DNA of 64,000 nucleotides from an uncultured Gammaproteobacteria bacterium (lineage in GTDB: Bacteria; Pseudomonadota; Gammaproteobacteria; JAAEPA01). Position 1 is the first letter of the stretch; every line of letters starts with the position of its first letter. The stretch covers positions 40,609 to 104,608 of the forward strand of contig CAVSWL010000019.1 of assembly GCA_963731655.1 (NCBI GenBank). The letters run 5' to 3'. The position numbers were made by a program, and so were the translations under genes. Below are positions 59,024 through 64,000 of the stretch, piece by piece. Under the pieces are notes generated by a model. It searched no databases. It was not told where the DNA came from and saw nothing but the letters and a program-made list of their open reading frames with translations.

Positions 59024-60679
59024 ATGAGTTATCAGGTTTTAGCTAGAAAATGGCGGCCACGAAATTTCGAACAACTGGTCGGGCAAGAGCACGTCGTTCG
59101 CGCGCTAGTTAATGGATTAAACCAGGGTCGTTTGCATCATGCCTACCTGTTCTCCGGTACGCGAGGCGTAGGTAAGACCACCATCGCGCGCATTCTGGCT
59201 AAATGTATGAACTGTGAGCAAGGCGTATCTGGAAAACCTTGTGGCGTATGCAGTGCCTGCACAGAAATCGATGAAGGCCGGTTTGTTGATCTGATCGAAG
59301 TAGACGCGGCATCGCGTACCAAGGTGGAGGACACCCGGGAGCTACTCGAAAACGTTCAGTATACTCCCACACGCGGGCGTCATAAGATTTATCTTATCGA
59401 TGAGGTTCATATGCTCTCGGGGCATAGTTTCAATGCCCTATTGAAAACTCTGGAAGAACCGCCCCCCCATGTAAAGTTCTTGCTGGCGACGACTGATCCG
59501 CAGAAGCTTCCGGTGACTATTCTGTCTCGTTGCCTCCAGTTCAACTTAAAATGTATGCCGCGGCGGATGATCATGAACCAGCTTCGGCATATCCTCGACC
59601 AAGAAGGAGTTCGGGCAGAAGAAGCCGCACTCGATGAACTCGCTCGTGCAGCGGACGGCAGTATGCGTGATGGCCTTAGTCTCTTAGATCAAGCGATTGC
59701 CTATGGCAACGGGGAGGTGCGTGAGAGCGAAGTTAATAGCATGCTCGGATGCGTACCCAAGCATCATTTTCAATCTCTGGTGCACGCGTTGATCAATCAG
59801 GATATCAATCAATTAATGGATTCAGCAACAAGGCTTGCGGAACAATCTGCAGATTTTGCCGATGTTCTGGTAAATCTGCTTTCGGTGTTTCATCTTGCTG
59901 CTCTGATCCAACAGGTTCCCCAGACCTTAGAAGAGGACGCCCCACATGCCAAACAGGTGCTAGCGATCGCTGAGGCGTTGGCACCCGAGACCATCCAGTT
60001 GTTTTATCAGATTGCCTTGGTGGGGCGGCGGGATCTGGCGTTGGCGCCAGATCCAAAGTCGGGATTTGAGATGGTGCTGTTGCGAATGATGAGCTTTCGT
60101 CCTTTAGAGTCAGCTTGGGCTCAGGAATCCGATACTGCTCGGCAAAATTACTACCGTGACGTTCCAGCGGTTAGTCCGCGCCAAGCTGTAGACAGTAATG
60201 CGGCTACTCAAGCCGGTGGAATCTCTGACGATTCGGGTACGGTAAGTACTGTTCATTCACCTTCTTGTTCGGCTGAGCGTCAGCCAATTTTTCCAGACTG
60301 GTCGACCTTGCTGCCACAATTGCGTCTGCAGGGCGTTGCTTTCGCATTAGCCAGTAATTGCAGTTATGGTGCACGGGAGGGGAATGAGATCCGCCTGATA
60401 CTCGAACCGCAGCACGCGGAAATTCGAACAAAAAACGCAGAAGAACGCTTGCGCAAAGCATTGAGCGAATATTTCGCAGAGGAGATACAGCTGCGTATAG
60501 ATATTGCGGAACACATCCATGAGACTCCGGCTCAGGTGAACAATCGCATCCAAGCGGAACAGCGGCGCGCCGCAGAATTAGCCATTGATAAAGACTCTAT
60601 AGTTCAGGGTTTAAAGGAACACTTCGGAGCAAAGGTTGTGCCCGGTTCGATCAAGCCATTGTCCGGCATTGAAAAATGA
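59024..60679 (+). CDS. dnaX: DNA polymerase III subunit gamma/tau
   Basis: MSYQVLARKWRP, GTRGVGKT, DEVHML and SRC. Confidence 0.97.
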   Translation: MSYQVLARKWRPRNFEQLVGQEHVVRALVNGLNQGRLHHAYLFSGTRGVGKTTIARILAKCMNCEQGVSGKPCGVCSACTEIDEGRFVDLIEVDAASRTKVEDTRELLENVQYTPTRGRHKIYLIDEVHMLSGHSFNALLKTLEEPPPHVKFLLATTDPQKLPVTILSRCLQFNLKCMPRRMIMNQLRHILDQEGVRAEEAALDELARAADGSMRDGLSLLDQAIAYGNGEVRESEVNSMLGCVPKHHFQSLVHALINQDINQLMDSATRLAEQSADFADVLVNLLSVFHLAALIQQVPQTLEEDAPHAKQVLAIAEALAPETIQLFYQIALVGRRDLALAPDPKSGFEMVLLRMMSFRPLESAWAQESDTARQNYYRDVPAVSPRQAVDSNAATQAGGISDDSGTVSTVHSPSCSAERQPIFPDWSTLLPQLRLQGVAFALASNCSYGAREGNEIRLILEPQHAEIRTKNAEERLRKALSEYFAEEIQLRIDIAEHIHETPAQVNNRIQAEQRRAAELAIDKDSIVQGLKEHFGAKVVPGSIKPLSGIEK

Positions 60680-60795
60680 ATGCATAGGATCGTTCCAAAG
60701 CGAGCATGCAGTGGATGGAAAAAAGTATAATGGCAGAACTGCGAAACATTTCCCAATAATTATCGTAGGTGAATTGCGATCAATCGGAGGTGCAA

Positions 60796-61122
60796 ATGAT
60801 GAAAGGTGGATTGGGTGGTCTGATGAAACAGGCTCAGAAACTGCAAGCGGATATGGTTAAGGCTCAAGAGGAATTGGCCAATATGGAGGTGTGCGGGCAA
60901 TCGGGAGGAGGCTTGGTTAGTGTCGTGATGAATGGCAAGCACGAGGTTAAGCAGGTATCAGTGGACGACAGCTTACTCGCGGAGGATAAAGAGATGCTTG
61001 AGGATTTAGTGGCCGCAGCGCTTAATGATGCGGTCCATCGGGTGGAACGCACCACCAAAGACAAGCTTTCAGGATTGACGGCTGGTATGGGACTGCCGCC
61101 TGGAGTAAAACTGCCTTTCTGA
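60796..61122 (+). CDS. ybaB: YbaB/EbfC nucleoid-associated protein
   Basis: [16 protein letters not shown] and [10 protein letters not shown]; lies between dnaX and recR. Confidence 0.95.
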   Translation: MMKGGLGGLMKQAQKLQADMVKAQEELANMEVCGQSGGGLVSVVMNGKHEVKQVSVDDSLLAEDKEMLEDLVAAALNDAVHRVERTTKDKLSGLTAGMGLPPGVKLPF

Positions 61123-61162
61123 TTTTCTATGCTAGCAGTCCCGTCGGAGTGTTCCATACGAG

Positions 61163-61759
61163 ATGACAGAAACCTCGCTGTTGCAACAATTAATCGAGGC
61201 GTTGAAAATATTGCCAGGCGTGGGCAATAAGACGGCTCAGCGTATGGCATTCCAGCTTTTGGAGCGGGACCGGCAAGGGGCCCGATTACTCGCGGACCGG
61301 TTGCGGGCGGCTGTCGATAACATTGGACATTGCGTGCAATGCCGCACCCTAACAGAGCATCAAGTCTGCCGTATTTGTGCCAATACATCGCGTAATCGGG
61401 AGCTACTTTGCGTCGTGGAAAGTCCGGTGGACGTAATGGCCATTGAGGCTAATACAGACTACCGGGGGGTGTATTATGTGCTGATGGGACGTCTTTCCCC
61501 CCTTGATGGAGTCGGGCCGGAAGAACTTGGCCTGAACCAACTTGAAAAGCGGCTCGATCAGGCGGAAATTAAGGAGCTCATTCTGGCGACCAACACCACG
61601 GTGGAGGGCGAGGTTACGGCCCATGTGCTGGCGGAGATGGCGCATAGAAGAGGGATTGTAACCACGCGCATTGCCCAAGGCGTGCCTATTGGGGGGGAAT
61701 TGGAGTACATGGATGGCACTACTTTAGCCCATGCCTTGACAGGTCGGCGCGAGTATTGA
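61163..61759 (+). CDS. recR: Recombination mediator RecR
   Basis: LPGVGNKTAQR, C4 zinc finger, TOPRIM domain and GVPIGGELEY. Confidence 0.97.
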   Translation: MTETSLLQQLIEALKILPGVGNKTAQRMAFQLLERDRQGARLLADRLRAAVDNIGHCVQCRTLTEHQVCRICANTSRNRELLCVVESPVDVMAIEANTDYRGVYYVLMGRLSPLDGVGPEELGLNQLEKRLDQAEIKELILATNTTVEGEVTAHVLAEMAHRRGIVTTRIAQGVPIGGELEYMDGTTLAHALTGRREY

Positions 61760-61850
61760 ATTACAATGCGCTTGATTTAAGATGAGTTAACCTCATCACC
61801 CCGGTTTCAAGGATGGCCCTTGCGAGTTAAGCGTAAAACAGAAGTAATGG

Positions 61851-62159
61851 CTATTGCTGGGGAAACTGGTAGTAGGTTTTGTTTAGATAATGTACCACGT
61901 CGTTGATATCATCATCTAACCATTTAAGTTCCAGATTCGATTCACATCGACGTACCCGCTGCTGAAGTGCCTTCAGCGAAGTGACTCGCCGGTTGTCACG
62001 CATATAGAGCAAGCTACCGTCGCCTCCAGTCATCTCAATATGACACGATCGGCACTGTGAGTTGTGCAATTGCTCCCCATTCTTTAGGTCTGCGGCCATA
62101 CCGATAGGGCTTAATAGCATCACAGAGATCAAGAGTAATTTTTGACTGGGAATAGGCAT
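61851..62159 (-). CDS. Small monoheme c-type cytochrome
   Basis: Signal peptide, CRSCH heme-binding motif and DVVHYL C-terminal helix. Confidence 0.85.
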   Translation of the reverse strand: MPIPSQKLLLISVMLLSPIGMAADLKNGEQLHNSQCRSCHIEMTGGDGSLLYMRDNRRVTSLKALQQRVRRCESNLELKWLDDDINDVVHYLNKTYYQFPQQ

Positions 62160-62521
62160 GGTATCGACTCCGGGTTGGCTACAGATTGAAGGAATGATTT
62201 ATTCTGCAATTCAGTAAGCGGTTGCAATTGTTCGTCACTGAGACGATTGGGCGAGGTCACATTATAAACACTGCTGAGGTGCTTTAGGAAAAATGGAGAA
62301 TGAGTGAACTTGTTTAGCCTCAGTTTTCCGTTTTGAGAAGTCAAACAGAATAACAAGACTATTTTAATTTCCTAGAGGAGTTAGTCCTGTGTGTTGTGTA
62401 GGAGAGGCGTGTCGTCGGTGGGAGGGCAAAAGGAGCGGGCAGCGCGCTATACTCAAATGCACACTTCATTGCAGACTTTTACTTGTAGCAAACGAATAAT
62501 GTTGATAACACAGAAAATAAA

Positions 62522-63067
62522 ATGACTATAGATCCCGAAAACCTCATATGGATCGACTTGGAAATGACCGGGTTGGATAGCCGGAGTGACAAAATTCTGG
62601 AAATCGCTACACTGGTTACCGATAAGCAACTTAATATATTAGCGGAGGGTCCAGAGCTTGCAGTGTATCAAAGTGGGGAGGTTTTAGGACGCATGGATGA
62701 TTGGAACAAGCGCCAGCATGGTAAATCTGGTTTGTTGGAGCGGGTCAGGAACAGCCCCATCCACGTACAAGACGCCCAACATCAGACATTGGAGTTTCTG
62801 AAGAAGCATACCGCCCCGCAGTCGTCGCCTATGTGTGGCAATAGTATTTGTCAAGATCGCCGATTCTTAGTGGAAAGCATGCCTGAACTTGAAGCTTTCT
62901 TTCATTACCGCAATCTAGATGTCAGCACGATAAAGGAACTTGCTCGGCGTTGGGCTCCAGAAGTCATGACGAGCTTCAAGAAGGAATCTCTACATCTCGC
63001 AATGGACGATATACGTGAGTCCATTGCAGAATTAAAGCACTATCGCCAGTATTTTTTTAGATGTTGA
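62522..63067 (+). CDS. orn: Oligoribonuclease
   Basis: [28 protein letters not shown] and HLAMDDI. Confidence 0.97.
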   Translation: MTIDPENLIWIDLEMTGLDSRSDKILEIATLVTDKQLNILAEGPELAVYQSGEVLGRMDDWNKRQHGKSGLLERVRNSPIHVQDAQHQTLEFLKKHTAPQSSPMCGNSICQDRRFLVESMPELEAFFHYRNLDVSTIKELARRWAPEVMTSFKKESLHLAMDDIRESIAELKHYRQYFFRC

Positions 63068-63164
63068 CCCGGCCGCTCTCAATGAATGTTTTTAGTATGG
63101 CGAATCGGCAGGTGGCAATGCTAACACCGCTCTATTGCGACAAGCATTTTGAATGCGCTATTCG

Positions 63165-64000
63165 TTAGATTACACGCCCGGCTAAATTCACAGGTTCGAG
63201 AATAGTGTTGACCTGTGTTAGCACGGGATTCATTTGTGGATAGTCGAGTGTGTAATGAAGTCCGCGGCTTTCCTTGCGAGACATAGCTGAGCGAATGATA
63301 AGATCAGCCACTAGCGTTAGGTTACGCAATTCAATGAGGTCATTAGTAACTCGGAAATGGCTGTAGTACTCCTCAATCTCTTTTAACAGCAATGCGGTAC
63401 GGCGCTGGGCGCGTTGCAAGCGTTTTGAGGTGCGCACAATTCCCACGTAGTCCCACATGAAACGACGCAACTCGTCCCAGTTATGCGCAACCACGACCTC
63501 CTCATCAGAGTTGGTTACTTGACTTTCGTCCCAGGCTGGAATATCGAGTTCAACCGGGGATTGATCAAGTTGGGTAATAATATGTTTGCTGGCGGCCTGG
63601 GCGAACACTAAGCACTCCAATAGTGAATTGCTTGCCATACGGTTGGCTCCATGCAACCCTGTGAACGAAACCTCGCCGATTGCATACAGGTTACGGATGT
63701 CCGTACAGCCATTCCTGTTCGTCATAACTCCGCCACAGGTATAGTGCGCGGCTGGAACTACTGGGATCGGCTCTCGCGTAATGTCGATACCCAATTGTTT
63801 ACAGCGCTGGTGGACATTGGGGAATAGTGAAGTGATAAGTTCTGCGGGTTTACCGCTGATATCGAGATATACGCACTCAATACCTAAGCGTTTCATCTGG
63901 TGGTCTATGGCTCTGGCAACGATATCTCGTGGGGCTAGTTCTCCCCTGGAATCGTAGCGATGCATGAACTCGGTTCCATCGGGTAATAGTAACTTAGCGC
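63165..64000 (-). CDS. nadB: L-aspartate oxidase (5' part outside the window)
   Basis: [37 protein letters not shown] and RKESRGLHY; the frame stays open to the window edge. Confidence 0.95.
   Translation of the reverse strand, partial: AKLLLPDGTEFMHRYDSRGELAPRDIVARAIDHQMKRLGIECVYLDISGKPAELITSLFPNVHQRCKQLGIDITREPIPVVPAAHYTCGGVMTNRNGCTDIRNLYAIGEVSFTGLHGANRMASNSLLECLVFAQAASKHIITQLDQSPVELDIPAWDESQVTNSDEEVVVAHNWDELRRFMWDYVGIVRTSKRLQRAQRRTALLLKEIEEYYSHFRVTNDLIELRNLTLVADLIIRSAMSRKESRGLHYTLDYPQMNPVLTQVNTILEPVNLAGRVI

Noticed and set aside
59024-60679. Programmed -1 frameshift in dnaX
   Set aside because: I did not see an E. coli-type AAAAAAG slippery site with a downstream hairpin in the linker region.

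Overview
64 kb of chromosome from a probably sulfur-oxidising gammaproteobacterium (sulfur globule protein gene; gammaproteobacterial-type ffs-dnaX-ybaB-recR, orn, nadB). Left to right: a 2OG-Fe(II) oxygenase/Sfum_1244-like pair; a frameshifted conserved gene; a sulfur globule protein gene divergent from hypCBDFE-ctaA, with a perfect FNR box between them; class III RNR (nrdDG) with tandem NrdR boxes; a signalling operon built around a Rab-like small GTPase (OmpR-type regulator, membrane OmpA/BON protein with a longin/roadblock-like cytoplasmic segment, GTPase, hybrid histidine kinase, Hpt); a phosphate/polyphosphate island (2-phosphoglycerate-kinase-like gene, phoR, dead phoB, two reciprocally degenerate PstB subunits, pstAC, PhoU fused to a non-catalytic ArsC/LMW-PTP domain, pstS with Pho-box-like repeats, ParA, CYTH-CHAD); an orphan EPS chain-length/tyrosine-kinase pair; housekeeping genes; two complete IS66-family elements with 8-bp target duplications plus a solo IS66 end; a glgX remnant; an Hsp20 pair with a sigma32 promoter; and SRP RNA. 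Best candidates for under-described systems are the Rab-like GTPase/OmpA/phosphorelay operon (14383-19531) and the asymmetric Pst transporter with its PhoU-pseudophosphatase fusion (23562-29602). All calls come from motif recognition by eye; no searches were run.
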